The notes under the pieces were generated by a model, which saw only the letters and a list, made by a program, of their open reading frames with translations, ran no database searches and had not been told where the DNA came from. The position numbers were made by a program, and so were the translations under genes. Of a DNA stretch of 64,000 nt, positions 19,160 through 30,912 are shown piece by piece; the stretch's first letter is position 1; every line of letters starts with the position of its first letter. Source of the stretch: Escherichia coli (GTDB lineage: Bacteria; Pseudomonadota; Gammaproteobacteria; Enterobacterales; Enterobacteriaceae); NCBI RefSeq assembly GCF_003334355.1, contig NZ_QOWP01000020.1. One strand, 5' to 3'.

Positions 19160-20392
19160 ATGATTACGCACAACTTCAATACCCTGGACTTACTCACCAG
19201 TCCTGTCTGGATCGTTTCGCCCTTTGAGGAACAGTTAATTTATGCCAATAGCGCGGCGAAACTGTTGATGCAAGACCTCACGTTTAGTCAGCTACGAACC
19301 GGACCCTATTCCGTCTCCTCACAAAAAGAACTGCCGAAATACCTCTCCGATCTGCAAAACCAACACGATATTATCGAAATCCTCACTGTTCAGCGTAAAG
19401 AAGAGGAAACAGCATTGAGCTGTCGGCTTGTTTTGCGAAAGCTGACAGAAACAGAACCGGTGATTATTTTCGAAGGTATCGAAGCGCCGGCAACGCTGGG
19501 TTTAAAAGCCAGTCGCTCGGCAAATTATCAGCGCAAAAAACAAGGTTTTTATGCGCGCTTTTTTCTGACTAACTCTGCACCAATGTTGTTGATTGACCCG
19601 TCACGAGATGGACAAATCGTCGATGCTAACCTCGCCGCGCTCAATTTCTATGGTTATAACCATGAAACGATGTGCCAGAAACATACCTGGGAAATAAATA
19701 TGCTCGGGCGTCGCGTCATGCCTATCATGCATGAAATCTCGCATTTACCCGGTGGTCATAAACCTTTGAATTTTGTTCATAAACTGGCGGATGGTTCGAC
19801 TGGTCATGTGCAGACCTATGCCGGACCGATTGAAATTTATGGCGACAAGCTCATGTTATGTATTGTGCATGATATTACTGAGCAAAAACGGCTGGAGGAG
19901 CAGCTGGAACATGCTGCTCACCATGACGCGATGACCGGATTACTGAATCGGCGACAGTTTTATCACATTACGGAACCAGGCCAAATGCAGCATCTCGCCA
20001 TCGCTCAGGATTACAGCTTGTTGCTCATCGACACCGATCGTTTTAAACACATTAACGATCTCTATGGGCATTCTAAAGGTGATGAGGTGTTATGCGCCCT
20101 CGCCCGCACCCTCGAAAGTTGCGCTCGCAAAGGCGATTTGGTGTTTCGTTGGGGAGGCGAAGAGTTTGTCTTATTGCTACCAAGAACCCCACTGGATACC
20201 GCGCTTTCGCTGGCTGAAACTATCCGCGTAAGCGTGGCAAAAGTGAGTATTTCGGGCTTACCACGCTTTACCGTCAGCATTGGTGTGGCGCATCACGAAG
20301 GAAATGAAAGCATCGATGAACTGTTTAAACGCGTTGATGATGCTTTGTATCGGGCGAAAAATGATGGACGCAACCGCGTGCTGGCGGCATAA
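19160..20392 (+). CDS. dgcM: Diguanylate cyclase DgcM (YdaM), PAS-GGDEF
   Basis: 410-aa product from MITHNFNTLD; GGEEF motif present. Confidence 0.9.
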   Translation: MITHNFNTLDLLTSPVWIVSPFEEQLIYANSAAKLLMQDLTFSQLRTGPYSVSSQKELPKYLSDLQNQHDIIEILTVQRKEEETALSCRLVLRKLTETEPVIIFEGIEAPATLGLKASRSANYQRKKQGFYARFFLTNSAPMLLIDPSRDGQIVDANLAALNFYGYNHETMCQKHTWEINMLGRRVMPIMHEISHLPGGHKPLNFVHKLADGSTGHVQTYAGPIEIYGDKLMLCIVHDITEQKRLEEQLEHAAHHDAMTGLLNRRQFYHITEPGQMQHLAIAQDYSLLLIDTDRFKHINDLYGHSKGDEVLCALARTLESCARKGDLVFRWGGEEFVLLLPRTPLDTALSLAETIRVSVAKVSISGLPRFTVSIGVAHHEGNESIDELFKRVDDALYRAKNDGRNRVLAA

Positions 20393-20412
20393 GCCGCGGA
20401 TGCGTCTCGAGA

Positions 20413-20976
20413 TCAACGACTGCGCTTAGCGTGGCGCTCCCAGTTTTCTTGCTTCGCCTGCGCCGTTTTACGTAGTGCGACGTAACACGCCCCGCTGCCG
20501 CCATGATGCGGTAGCGCGGTGCAATATGCCTGAACATCATCAAATTCGGTCAGCCAGCGCGCCACATAGCTGCGGACAATATTGGCATGCGATTTATCAT
20601 CCCGCCCTTTACCATGAATAATCAGCACGTTACGCAAACCATCCGCCAGGGCTTGTTGAATAAAACTGAACACCATTTTGCGGCACTCTTCCACCGGCTG
20701 GCGCAAAAGATTCAGGCTCGCCTGTTGCGGATATTTACCACTGCGCAGCTTATCCAGCACCCCATGTTGCAACCCTTCCCGCCGAAACTCCAGCGGCTGA
20801 CTTAGTGGGATGATGTCGAGAAATCCGGTGGTGAGGAAATTATCAAGCTGCAGCGTGTCGATACGCTGCGGCGCACGTTGGTTACGCGTTGGATGCCAGT
20901 GGACATCGGTAGCACGTTTCAGCGGCTGGACATCTTCCATGGCGTCAAGAAACAGCGATTTGTCGTCAAGGTTCAT
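20413..20976 (-). CDS. smrA: Smr-domain DNA endonuclease SmrA (YdaL)
   Basis: 187-aa ORF at the conserved position between abgR and dgcM. Confidence 0.85.
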   Translation of the reverse strand: MNLDDKSLFLDAMEDVQPLKRATDVHWHPTRNQRAPQRIDTLQLDNFLTTGFLDIIPLSQPLEFRREGLQHGVLDKLRSGKYPQQASLNLLRQPVEECRKMVFSFIQQALADGLRNVLIIHGKGRDDKSHANIVRSYVARWLTEFDDVQAYCTALPHHGGSGACYVALRKTAQAKQENWERHAKRSR

Positions 20977-21203
20977 GTTACATCCTCCCGCAATTAAGAG
21001 CGCGATATGATAACCAGACCGGGTCGGTCCAACAACGTATTACCCAAATTTCCAGTAATAAGTTCCAAATATTGCCGATATTTTAAGCAAAATACTTATG
21101 CATGATTATTCATTCACGATATTAATAATGTAACTTATATTTTCGTGAAATCTGTCACTGAAGAAAATTGGCAACTAAAGGTTAAAACCGTTATAACACA
21201 GTC

Positions 21204-21298
21204 ACCGGCGCAGAGGAGACAATGCCGGATTTAAGACGCGGATGCACTGCTGTGTGTACTGTAGAGTCTGGCGGATGTCGACAGACTCTATTTTTTTA
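21204..21298 (+). ncRNA. mcaS: McaS (IsrA) small RNA
   Basis: ACCGGCGCAGAGGAGACAATGCCGGATTTAAGACGCGGATGCACTGCTGTGTGTACTGTAGAGTCTGGCGGATGTCGACAGACTCTATTTTTTT, matching recalled McaS with its terminator; lies in the abgR-smrA intergenic region. Confidence 0.8.
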
Positions 21299-21305
21299 TG
21301 CAGTT

Positions 21306-22214
21306 TTAACTTTGCAGATAGCCGCATTCTCGCCGGAATTGCGTGATTAATGACGCGGTCAGTGGTGTCTGGCGACTATCACGCCGCTGAATCAAATAAT
21401 AGGCCGCTTTCGGTAAAATTTCGCTAACCGGCAACATCACCAGCCCCTGTCCGTGCAAGGGATCGCAGCCCATTTCTTCAGGCAGTATGCTGAGAAAATC
21501 GCTTTTTGCCACCAGACTGATACAGGCTGAGAACGTCTCGCAGACTACACCGACCTGTGGCGTTTGCGCCTGATCGTCAAGCAATTCACTCAACTGTTTG
21601 TAGTAACTGCCGTGTGGCGTCGGCATTGTCCAGCTGTAATCCAGTAACTGTTTGATCGAACGGGCACCAATGGCGGGGTGTCCCGGGCGGCAAAAGATCG
21701 CGAATTGCTTTTCCAGTAATTTCTCAAAAGTAAATTCGTGGTCGTACGGTCCCTGATAATAGGTATTGATGGTGAAATCCAATTCTCCCTGACGCAATTC
21801 ATTAATCATCGACACCAGTTGCCCTTCCATAATGCGTACTTTTACCTGCGGATGCTGCTGATGAAAACGAGATATGACAGCTGGCATCAGACTGCGGGAA
21901 ATACTGGCCCCCATGCCGATATTAATCTGCCCTGCCAGTTGCCCTTGTCGTTGGCGAATATCCTCTTGGGCTGCGCGCAGCTCTTCAAGAATAAGACTGG
22001 CGTGCTGATAAAAACTTTCACCGGCATCAGTTAACGTCACGCCTTTACTACGGCGAAAAAAGAGTTGCGCCGCTAACCCTTCTTCCAGCTCCTGAATAGA
22101 TTTACTCAGTGCCGGTTGCGACATATTCAACATTCGGCTCGCTCCGCGAATGCTGCCCTGACGAGCCACTTCAACAAAAGCCCGAATTTGATGAATTTTT
22201 ACCTGAAAAGCCAT
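21306..22214 (-). CDS. abgR: LysR-type regulator AbgR
   Basis: 302 aa, divergent from abgABT. Confidence 0.9.
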   Translation of the reverse strand: MAFQVKIHQIRAFVEVARQGSIRGASRMLNMSQPALSKSIQELEEGLAAQLFFRRSKGVTLTDAGESFYQHASLILEELRAAQEDIRQRQGQLAGQINIGMGASISRSLMPAVISRFHQQHPQVKVRIMEGQLVSMINELRQGELDFTINTYYQGPYDHEFTFEKLLEKQFAIFCRPGHPAIGARSIKQLLDYSWTMPTPHGSYYKQLSELLDDQAQTPQVGVVCETFSACISLVAKSDFLSILPEEMGCDPLHGQGLVMLPVSEILPKAAYYLIQRRDSRQTPLTASLITQFRRECGYLQS

Positions 22215-22389
22215 GACGCCACCGATAACCGTTATTTATCAGACCAAAGAAACTGGCATCTACTTTAATGCAGATGATTGTGTCAGGGTAATTTATGAAC
22301 GGTTAAAACTGTGAAAAATCAGTTAGTGATAAGTAAAAACTATCGCTACGTGAACCGGGTCACACTTTTTACTGATGACGGGAAAGGTT

Positions 22390-23700
22390 ATGGAGTCTTT
22401 GAATCAATTTGTTAATTCGCTTGCCCCAAAATTATCGCACTGGCGACGTGATTTTCATCACTATGCAGAGTCTGGCTGGGTGGAATTCCGCACTGCCACC
22501 CTTGTTGCGGAAGAATTGCAGCAGCTCGGCTATTCACTGGCGCTGGGCCGCGAAGTAGTTAATGAAAGTAGCCGGATGGGACTACCTGATGAACTCACTC
22601 TACAACGCGAATTCGAGCGCGCTCGTCAACAGGGTGCGCTAGCACAATGGATTGCGGTTTTTGAAGGTGGTTTCACGGGTATCGTCGCCACCCTGGATAC
22701 CGGTCGCCCCGGTCCGGTGATGGCTTTCCGTGTCGATATGGACGCGCTGGATCTCAGTGAAGAGCAGGATGTCAGCCATCGCCCCTACCGCGACGGTTTT
22801 GCGTCATGTAACGCCGGAATGATGCATGCCTGTGGTCATGATGGACATACCGCCATTGGGCTTGGGCTGGCGCATACCCTTAAACAATTCGAGTCCGGAC
22901 TACATGGCGTCATCAAACTGATTTTTCAGCCTGCAGAGGAAGGTACGCGTGGCGCGCGGGCGATGGTCGATGCAGGTGTCGTAGATGATGTTGATTATTT
23001 TACTGCCGTGCACATTGGCACTGGCGTACCTGCGGGCACCGTGGTGTGCGGCAGTGATAATTTTATGGCAACCACCAAATTTGACGCGCACTTCACCGGT
23101 ACCGCCGCTCACGCAGGCGCAAAACCAGAAGACGGTCACAATGCCTTGTTGGCGGCAGCACAAGCCACTCTTGCACTGCATGCAATCGCCCCGCACAGCG
23201 AAGGAGCTTCCAGAGTAAACGTGGGCGTTATGCAGGCAGGAAGCGGTCGTAACGTTGTTCCTGCCTCGGCGTTGCTGAAAGTGGAAACACGCGGGGCCAG
23301 CGACGTCATTAATCAATATGTTTTTGACCGTGCACAACAAGCGATTCAGGGCGCAGCAACCATGTATGGTGTCGGCGTTGAAACTCGTCTGATGGGTGCA
23401 GCTACCGCCAGTTCTCCTTCGCCGCAATGGGTCGCATGGTTGCAAAGTCAGGCGGCTCAGGTCGCGGGGGTCAATCAGGCCATTGAACGTGTTGAAGCGC
23501 CTGCGGGTTCCGAAGATGCCACATTAATGATGGCCCGCGTGCAGCAACATCAAGGGCAAGCCTCCTACGTGGTGTTTGGCACACAGCTGGCGGCAGGTCA
23601 TCACAACGAAAAATTCGATTTTGACGAGCAGGTTCTCGCTATTGCCGTCGAAACGCTGGCGCGCACCGCGCTCAATTTTCCCTGGACGCGAGGTATCTGA
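22390..23700 (+). CDS. abgA: p-Aminobenzoyl-glutamate hydrolase subunit A (M20 peptidase)
   Basis: 436-aa product from MESLNQF. Confidence 0.9.
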   Translation: MESLNQFVNSLAPKLSHWRRDFHHYAESGWVEFRTATLVAEELQQLGYSLALGREVVNESSRMGLPDELTLQREFERARQQGALAQWIAVFEGGFTGIVATLDTGRPGPVMAFRVDMDALDLSEEQDVSHRPYRDGFASCNAGMMHACGHDGHTAIGLGLAHTLKQFESGLHGVIKLIFQPAEEGTRGARAMVDAGVVDDVDYFTAVHIGTGVPAGTVVCGSDNFMATTKFDAHFTGTAAHAGAKPEDGHNALLAAAQATLALHAIAPHSEGASRVNVGVMQAGSGRNVVPASALLKVETRGASDVINQYVFDRAQQAIQGAATMYGVGVETRLMGAATASSPSPQWVAWLQSQAAQVAGVNQAIERVEAPAGSEDATLMMARVQQHQGQASYVVFGTQLAAGHHNEKFDFDEQVLAIAVETLARTALNFPWTRGI

Positions 23701-25145
23701 TGCAGGAAATCTATCGTTTTATCGACGATGCGATTGAAGCCGATCGCCAACGTTATACCGATATTGCCGATCAAATCTGGGATCATCCAGAAACACGTTT
23801 TGAAGAGTTCTGGTCAGCGGAGCATCTGGCTTCGGCGCTGGAATCTGCAGGCTTCACCGTTACCCGCAACGTAGGCAATATCCCAAATGCCTTTATTGCT
23901 TCGTTTGGTCAAGGCAAACCGGTTATCGCCCTGCTGGGAGAATATGACGCCCTGGCAGGTTTAAGTCAGCAAGCTGGTTGCGCGCAACCTATATCCGCGA
24001 CGCCCGGTGAAAATGGTCACGGTTGCGGACACAATTTGCTGGGAACCGCCGCCTTTGCCGCTGCAATAGCCGTCAAGAAATGGCTGGAACAATATGGGCA
24101 AGGCGGCACAGTGCGCTTTTATGGTTGTCCTGGCGAAGAAGGCGGCTCGGGTAAAACGTTCATGGTCCGCGAGGGGGTATTTGATGATGTGGATGCGGCA
24201 CTCACCTGGCACCCGGAAGCCTTTGCCGGCATGTTCAATACCCGCACGCTGGCAAACATTCAGGCATCATGGCGCTTTAAAGGGATCGCAGCACATGCCG
24301 CGAATTCCCCTCATTTGGGACGCAGCGCCCTTGATGCCGTAACGTTGATGACCACTGGCACCAACTTCCTCAACGAACATATTATTGAAAAAGCGCGCGT
24401 ACACTATGCCATCACAAATAGCGGCGGGATCTCACCCAACGTGGTCCAGGCGCAGGCAGAAGTGCTTTATCTTATCCGCGCCCCCGAAATGACCGACGTG
24501 CAGCATATTTATGATCGGGTCGCCAAAATCGCCGAAGGTGCGGCATTGATGACCGAAACCACGGTTGAATGCCGCTTCGACAAAGCCTGTTCCAGTTATC
24601 TCCCGAATCGCACCTTAGAAAATGCCATGTACCGAGCCCTATCCCATTTTGGTACCCCGGAATGGAACTCCGAAGAACTGGCTTTTGCGAAACAAATTCA
24701 GGCTACGCTCACCTCCAACGATCGGCAAAACAGTCTGAATAATATCGCCGCAACCGGTGGCGAAAACGGCAAGGTTTTTGCACTACGTCATCGTGAAACG
24801 GTACTGGCGAATGAAGTCGCTCCATATGCCGCCACCGATAACGTGCTTGCAGCATCGACAGATGTCGGCGACGTCAGTTGGAAACTGCCTGTTGCCCAGT
24901 GTTTCAGCCCCTGTTTTGCCGTCGGTACACCGCTACATACGTGGCAACTGGTTAGCCAGGGGCGAACATCTATTGCTCATAAAGGAATGCTGCTCGCGGC
25001 GAAAACTATGGCTGCAACCACAGTCAATCTCTTCATTGATTCAGGGCTATTGCAAGAATGCCAACAAGAGCATCAGCAAGTTACGGACACGCAACCGTAT
25101 CACTGCCCTATCCCGAAAAACGTGACACCGTCACCTTTAAAATAA
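23700..25145 (+). CDS. abgB: p-Aminobenzoyl-glutamate hydrolase subunit B
   Basis: 481 aa; start overlaps the abgA stop by 1 bp. Confidence 0.9.
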   Translation: MQEIYRFIDDAIEADRQRYTDIADQIWDHPETRFEEFWSAEHLASALESAGFTVTRNVGNIPNAFIASFGQGKPVIALLGEYDALAGLSQQAGCAQPISATPGENGHGCGHNLLGTAAFAAAIAVKKWLEQYGQGGTVRFYGCPGEEGGSGKTFMVREGVFDDVDAALTWHPEAFAGMFNTRTLANIQASWRFKGIAAHAANSPHLGRSALDAVTLMTTGTNFLNEHIIEKARVHYAITNSGGISPNVVQAQAEVLYLIRAPEMTDVQHIYDRVAKIAEGAALMTETTVECRFDKACSSYLPNRTLENAMYRALSHFGTPEWNSEELAFAKQIQATLTSNDRQNSLNNIAATGGENGKVFALRHRETVLANEVAPYAATDNVLAASTDVGDVSWKLPVAQCFSPCFAVGTPLHTWQLVSQGRTSIAHKGMLLAAKTMAATTVNLFIDSGLLQECQQEHQQVTDTQPYHCPIPKNVTPSPLK

Positions 25146-25178
25146 CAACAACGCAAACACAACAACCGAGGAATGTCC

Positions 25179-26705
25179 ATGAGTATGTCATCCATACCGT
25201 CATCCTCCCAATCCGGGAAGCTCTATGGCTGGGTCGAAAGAATTGGTAACAAGGTTCCCCATCCTTTTTTGCTCTTTATCTATTTGATTATCGTACTCAT
25301 GGTGACGACGGCAATTTTGTCGGCCTTTGGCGTCAGTGCGAAAAACCCGACCGATGGTACGCCGGTCGTGGTGAAAAACCTGCTCAGTGTGGAAGGATTA
25401 CACTGGTTTTTACCCAATGTTATTAAAAACTTTAGCGGTTTTGCCCCACTTGGCGCGATCCTGGCGCTGGTTTTAGGTGCCGGTCTGGCGGAGCGCGTCG
25501 GCTTACTGCCAGCGCTAATGGTTAAAATGGCATCGCATGTTAATGCCCGCTACGCCAGTTATATGGTGCTGTTTATTGCTTTTTTCAGCCACATTTCTTC
25601 CGATGCGGCGTTAGTGATCATGCCACCGATGGGTGCGCTGATTTTTCTGGCGGTGGGCAGACATCCAGTTGCAGGTTTACTGGCCGCCATTGCAGGCGTA
25701 GGTTGCGGCTTTACGGCTAATTTACTGATTGTCACAACCGACGTGTTGCTGTCGGGGATCAGCACGGAAGCGGCGGCTGCGTTCAATCCGCAAATGCACG
25801 TCAGTGTAATTGATAACTGGTATTTTATGGCCAGCTCCGTAGTCGTACTGACGATTGTTGGCGGCCTGATAACCGACAAAATCATCGAACCACGGTTAGG
25901 TCAATGGCAGGGAAACAGCGATGAGAAACTGCAGACATTGACCGAAAGTCAGCGTTTTGGTTTACGCATAGCAGGTGTCGTATCGCTACTTTTTATTGCT
26001 GCGATTGCGCTGATGGTGATCCCGGAAAACGGGATATTGCGCGATCCGATTAATCACACCGTGATGCCATCACCCTTTATTAAAGGTATCGTGCCACTGA
26101 TCATTCTTTTTTTCTTTGTGGTCTCGCTGGCTTATGGCATCGCTACTCGCACAATTCGACGTCAGGCGGATTTACCGCATTTAATGATTGAACCGATGAA
26201 AGAGATGGCGGGATTTATCGTGATGGTTTTTCCCCTCGCCCAGTTTGTCGCCATGTTTAACTGGAGCAACATGGGGAAATTCATCGCCGTGGGGCTGACC
26301 GATATACTGGAAAGTTCAGGGCTTAGCGGCATCCCGGCGTTTGTCGGTCTGGCGTTGCTTTCCTCTTTCTTATGCATGTTTATCGCCAGCGGTTCCGCAA
26401 TCTGGTCGATTCTGGCCCCCATTTTCGTACCAATGTTTATGCTACTTGGCTTTCACCCGGCATTTGCGCAAATCCTCTTTCGTATTGCCGACTCATCCGT
26501 ATTGCCTTTAGCGCCAGTATCTCCTTTTGTTCCACTGTTTCTTGGATTCCTGCAACGCTACAAACCAGACGCGAAACTGGGTACTTACTATTCGTTAGTC
26601 TTGCCCTATCCACTTATCTTTTTGGTGGTATGGCTGCTGATGTTGCTGGCGTGGTATCTTGTCGGTCTGCCGATAGGTCCGGGTATTTACCCACGTTTGT
26701 CTTAA
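25179..26705 (+). CDS. abgT: p-Aminobenzoyl-glutamate transporter AbgT
   Basis: 508-aa product; start chosen by spacing from the GAGGAA RBS (alternative ATG at 25173). Confidence 0.9.
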
Positions 26706-26715
26706 GAGAGAACGG

Positions 26716-27231
26716 ATGCTGAGATTACTTGAAGAAAAAATTGCCACGCCACTGGGTCCACTGTGGGTGATTTGCGATGAGCAATTTCGCCTGCGGGCGG
26801 TTGAATGGGAAGAGTACAGCGAACGCATGGTGCAGCTGCTGGACATCCATTATCGCAAAGAAGGCTATGAGCGCATTTCTGCCACCAATCCAGGCGGTTT
26901 AAGCGACAAGCTTCGTGAATATTTTGCCGGTAATCTTAGCATTATTGATACGCTTCCCACTGCTACGGGGGGGACGCCATTTCAGCGCGAAGTCTGGAAA
27001 ACACTACGCACTATCCCCTGCGGGCAGGTAATGCATTACGGCCAACTGGCTGAGCAATTGGGCCGTCCTGGCGCGGCGCGTGCCGTTGGTGCGGCAAACG
27101 GATCGAATCCCATCAGCATCGTCGTACCTTGCCATCGGGTTATTGGCCGAAACGGCACCATGACCGGATATGCAGGCGGAGTTCAGCGAAAAGAGTGGTT
27201 ATTGCGCCATGAAGGTTATCTTTTGCTGTAA
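26716..27231 (+). CDS. ogt: O6-alkylguanine-DNA methyltransferase Ogt
   Basis: 171 aa; PCHRV active-site motif. Confidence 0.9.
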
Positions 27232-27425
27232 ACATTAAACAATTTGTGCCAGCTTGTTCACACTTTTATGTAAAGTTACCCTTAGCAACTTAAGGGTTTT
27301 CAAATAGATAGACATATATTTACATCTAATATCGGAATTCTCTGCTGTTAAGGTTTGCTTAGGCTTACTTGCTCCCTAAAAAGATGTTAAAATTGACAAA
27401 TATCAATTACGGCTTGAGCAGACCT

Positions 27426-28178
27426 ATGATCCCGGAAAAGCGAATTATACGGCGCATTCAGTCTGGCGGTTGTGCTATCCATTGCCAGGATTGCAGCATC
27501 AGCCAGCTTTGCATCCCGTTCACACTCAACGAACATGAGCTTGATCAGCTTGATAATATCATTGAGCGGAAGAAGCCTATTCAGAAAGGCCAGACGCTGT
27601 TTAAGGCTGGTGATGAACTTAAATCGCTTTATGCCATCCGCTCCGGTACGATTAAAAGTTATACCATCACTGAGCAAGGCGACGAGCAAATCACTGGTTT
27701 CCATTTAGCAGGCGACCTGGTGGGATTTGACGCCATCGGCAGCGGCCATCACCCGAGCTTCGCGCAGGCGCTGGAAACCTCGATGGTATGTGAAATCCCG
27801 TTCGAAACGCTGGACGATTTGTCCGGTAAAATGCCGAATCTGCGTCAGCAGATGATGCGTCTGATGAGCGGTGAAATCAAAGGCGATCAGGACATGATCC
27901 TGCTGTTGTCGAAGAAAAATGCCGAGGAACGTCTGGCTGCATTCATCTACAACCTGTCCCGTCGTTTTGCCCAACGCGGCTTCTCCCCTCGTGAATTCCG
28001 CCTGACGATGACTCGTGGCGATATCGGTAACTATCTGGGCCTGACGGTAGAAACCATCAGCCGTCTGCTGGGTCGCTTCCAGAAAAGCGGCATGCTGGCA
28101 GTCAAAGGTAAATACATCACCATCGAAAATAACGATGCGCTGGCCCAGCTTGCTGGTCATACGCGTAACGTTGCCTGA
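27426..28178 (+). CDS. fnr: Fumarate/nitrate reduction regulator FNR
   Basis: 250-aa product from [29 protein letters not shown] with the N-terminal Cys cluster. Confidence 0.95.
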
Positions 28179-28329
28179 TTTTTCCGCATAACTCACTATC
28201 CTTCTGTCATATCATTAAATTTTTCTGATTTATTGATCTGGCAGAAGGTTCATCACTGTTTCATTCACCAGATATGGGTTAATCTTTTAATTACAAACTG
28301 CGTTGACAGTTGTTGTAAGGAGACCCTGT

Positions 28330-29280
28330 ATGGCTATGTATCAGAACATGCTCGTTGTTATCGATCCTAACCAGGACGACCAACCAGCATTGCGGCGAGC
28401 TGTTTATTTACATCAACGGATTGGTGGCAAAATTAAAGCCTTTTTGCCGATCTATGACTTCTCATACGAAATGACCACCCTGCTCTCCCCGGACGAACGT
28501 ACCGCTATGCGTCAGGGCGTCATCAGCCAGCGTACAGCCTGGATCCACGAGCAGGCAAAATATTATCTCAATGCTGGCGTTCCCATTGAAATTAAAGTGG
28601 TCTGGCATAACCGTCCTTTCGAAGCCATCATTCAGGAAGTGATCAGCGGCGGGCACGATTTGGTGCTAAAAATGGCGCACCAACATGACCGTCTGGAAGC
28701 GGTGATTTTTACGCCAACGGACTGGCATCTGTTACGCAAATGCCCAAGCCCGGTGTGGATGGTGAAAGACCAGCCGTGGCCGGAAGGAGGTAAGGCGCTG
28801 GTGGCGGTGAATCTCGCCAGTGAAGAGCCGTATCATAATGCGCTCAATGAAAAACTGGTCAAAGAGACGATCGAACTGGCAGAACAAGTCAACCATACCG
28901 AAGTTCATCTGGTTGGCGCTTACCCAGTAACGCCAATTAATATCGCGATTGAACTGCCGGAATTTGATCCGAGCGTTTATAACGATGCCATTCGTGGGCA
29001 ACATTTGCTGGCAATGAAAGCCCTGCGGCAGAAATTCGGCATTAATGAAAACATGACGCACGTAGAAAAAGGTCTGCCAGAAGAGGTGATTCCTGATTTG
29101 GCGGAGCACTTACAGGCGGGGATTGTGGTTCTGGGCACGGTAGGACGCACCGGTATTTCAGCAGCATTCCTCGGCAACACGGCGGAACAGGTGATTGATC
29201 ATCTTCGCTGCGACCTGCTGGTCATTAAACCTGACCAGTATCAGACACCCGTTGAACTGGATGACGAAGAAGACGATTAA
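28330..29280 (+). CDS. uspE: Universal stress protein E
   Basis: 316-aa product from [15 protein letters not shown]. Confidence 0.9.
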   Translation: MAMYQNMLVVIDPNQDDQPALRRAVYLHQRIGGKIKAFLPIYDFSYEMTTLLSPDERTAMRQGVISQRTAWIHEQAKYYLNAGVPIEIKVVWHNRPFEAIIQEVISGGHDLVLKMAHQHDRLEAVIFTPTDWHLLRKCPSPVWMVKDQPWPEGGKALVAVNLASEEPYHNALNEKLVKETIELAEQVNHTEVHLVGAYPVTPINIAIELPEFDPSVYNDAIRGQHLLAMKALRQKFGINENMTHVEKGLPEEVIPDLAEHLQAGIVVLGTVGRTGISAAFLGNTAEQVIDHLRCDLLVIKPDQYQTPVELDDEEDD

Positions 29281-29300
29281 CGACTCTTCAATAACTGACA

Positions 29301-29327
29301 AGGCCCGAGTTATCGGGCCTATTTTTT
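29301..29327 (+). terminator. Rho-independent terminator downstream of uspE
   Basis: AGGCCCGA-GTTA-TCGGGCCT hairpin followed by TTTTTT. Confidence 0.6.
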
Positions 29328-29329
29328 AC

Positions 29330-29587
29330 TTACTGCTCTTCGCCGCCAAGGAAATAAATTCCCAACGGGATTGCCAGCAACACAGTAAAGACCAGGCTAT
29401 AAACAAAAATCATCGATGACTGAATCACATACATTGATGTCGTCCACTCAGACAGCGGAATATTGTACTGTTCTATAACGCCGCCGATGGTCGCGCGAGT
29501 CACAACCGACGCCGCAATAATGAAAACCGCCAACAAACCAAAGAGAAATTTCTTCCCTTTCGCTGACTTCAGTTTCGCCATAATCAT
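29330..29587 (-). CDS. ynaJ: Small membrane protein YnaJ
   Basis: 85-aa ORF with two hydrophobic segments at the conserved position. Confidence 0.8.
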   Translation of the reverse strand: MIMAKLKSAKGKKFLFGLLAVFIIAASVVTRATIGGVIEQYNIPLSEWTTSMYVIQSSMIFVYSLVFTVLLAIPLGIYFLGGEEQ

Positions 29588-29830
29588 GATGTAATCCTTG
29601 TGCAGACAAATTTCTTGTTACCTAAACGTAACAATACCATGACATTTCACCGTTGTCTGCTCTGAAAACCTCACCTCTTAGCTGGATTTACAATCAACGC
29701 ATTGATTAGTTAGCTAATGTTGCTACTTCCTTCCCTGACTATTGATGATCTGAATGAATTGTCGCGGTAAAATAGCCCCGCCAGGGGTTTCCGGCATGAC
29801 GACAATTATCTGGAGGAGCCTGATAAAACA

Positions 29831-30862
29831 ATGATCGCTGAACTGTTTACAAATAATGCGCTTAATCTGGTCATTATTTTCGGTAGCTGCGCAGCATTGA
29901 TTCTGATGAGCTTTTGGTTTCGCCGTGGAAATCGTAAAAGAAAAGGATTTTTATTCCATGCGGTGCAATTTTTAATCTACACCATAATTATCAGTGCTGT
30001 TGGTAGCATTATTAATTATGTTATAGAAAACTATAAACTCAAATTTATCACTCCAGGCGTTATCGATTTTATCTGTACGTCCCTGATTGCGGTTATTCTG
30101 ACGATTAAGCTATTTCTGCTGATTAATCAGTTTGAAAAACAGCAGATTAAAAAAGGTCGCGATATCACCAGTGCGCGGATTATGTCGCGTATCATCAAAA
30201 TCACCATTATTGTGGTGCTTGTTCTGCTTTATGGCGAACATTTCGGCATGAGCCTTTCTGGCTTGCTGACCTTTGGTGGTATTGGTGGTCTGGCTGTCGG
30301 TATGGCCGGTAAAGATATTCTGAGTAACTTCTTTTCCGGGATTATGCTCTATTTCGACCGTCCTTTCAGTATTGGCGACTGGATCCGTTCACCGGACAGA
30401 AATATCGAAGGTACAGTAGCGGAAATTGGCTGGCGAATTACCAAAATTACGACCTTTGATAATCGTCCATTGTACGTACCGAACTCGCTGTTTTCGTCGA
30501 TCAGCGTAGAAAACCCAGGACGAATGACCAACCGCCGCATTACCACGACCATTGGTTTACGTTATGAGGATGCGGCAAAAGTGGGCGTTATTGTCGAAGC
30601 TGTACGTGAGATGCTGAAAAATCACCCGGCCATCGACCAGCGACAAACCTTACTGGTTTATTTCAACCAGTTTGCTGACTCTTCATTGAATATTATGGTT
30701 TATTGCTTTACCAAAACCACGGTATGGGCTGAATGGCTTGCTGCACAGCAAGACGTTTATTTGAAGATTATCGATATTGTACAGTCACACGGCGCGGACT
30801 TTGCCTTCCCCAGCCAGACGCTGTATATGGATAACATTACACCGCCGGAACAGGGTCGCTAA
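29831..30862 (+). CDS. ynaI: MscS-family mechanosensitive channel YnaI
   Basis: 343 aa. Confidence 0.9.
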
Positions 30863-30871
30863 ATCAGACAT

Positions 30872-30902
30872 CACTGGCGTTATGCACAAGGGTAACGCCA
30901 GT
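30872..30902. terminator. Hairpin between convergent ynaI and mppA, possible bidirectional terminator
   Basis: 10-bp perfect stem ACTGGCGTTA / TAACGCCAGT with an 11-nt loop; weak U-tracts. Confidence 0.4.
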
Positions 30903-30912
30903 TCCCATCACA

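Noticed and set aside
22900-23445. 181-aa minus-strand ORF antisense to abgA, and similar antisense ORFs within ycjT, ycjS, ycjQ, puuE and puuC
   Set aside because: All lie wholly inside well-supported genes on the opposite strand with Cys/Arg-rich, low-complexity products; consistent with GC-rich antisense frames rather than genes.
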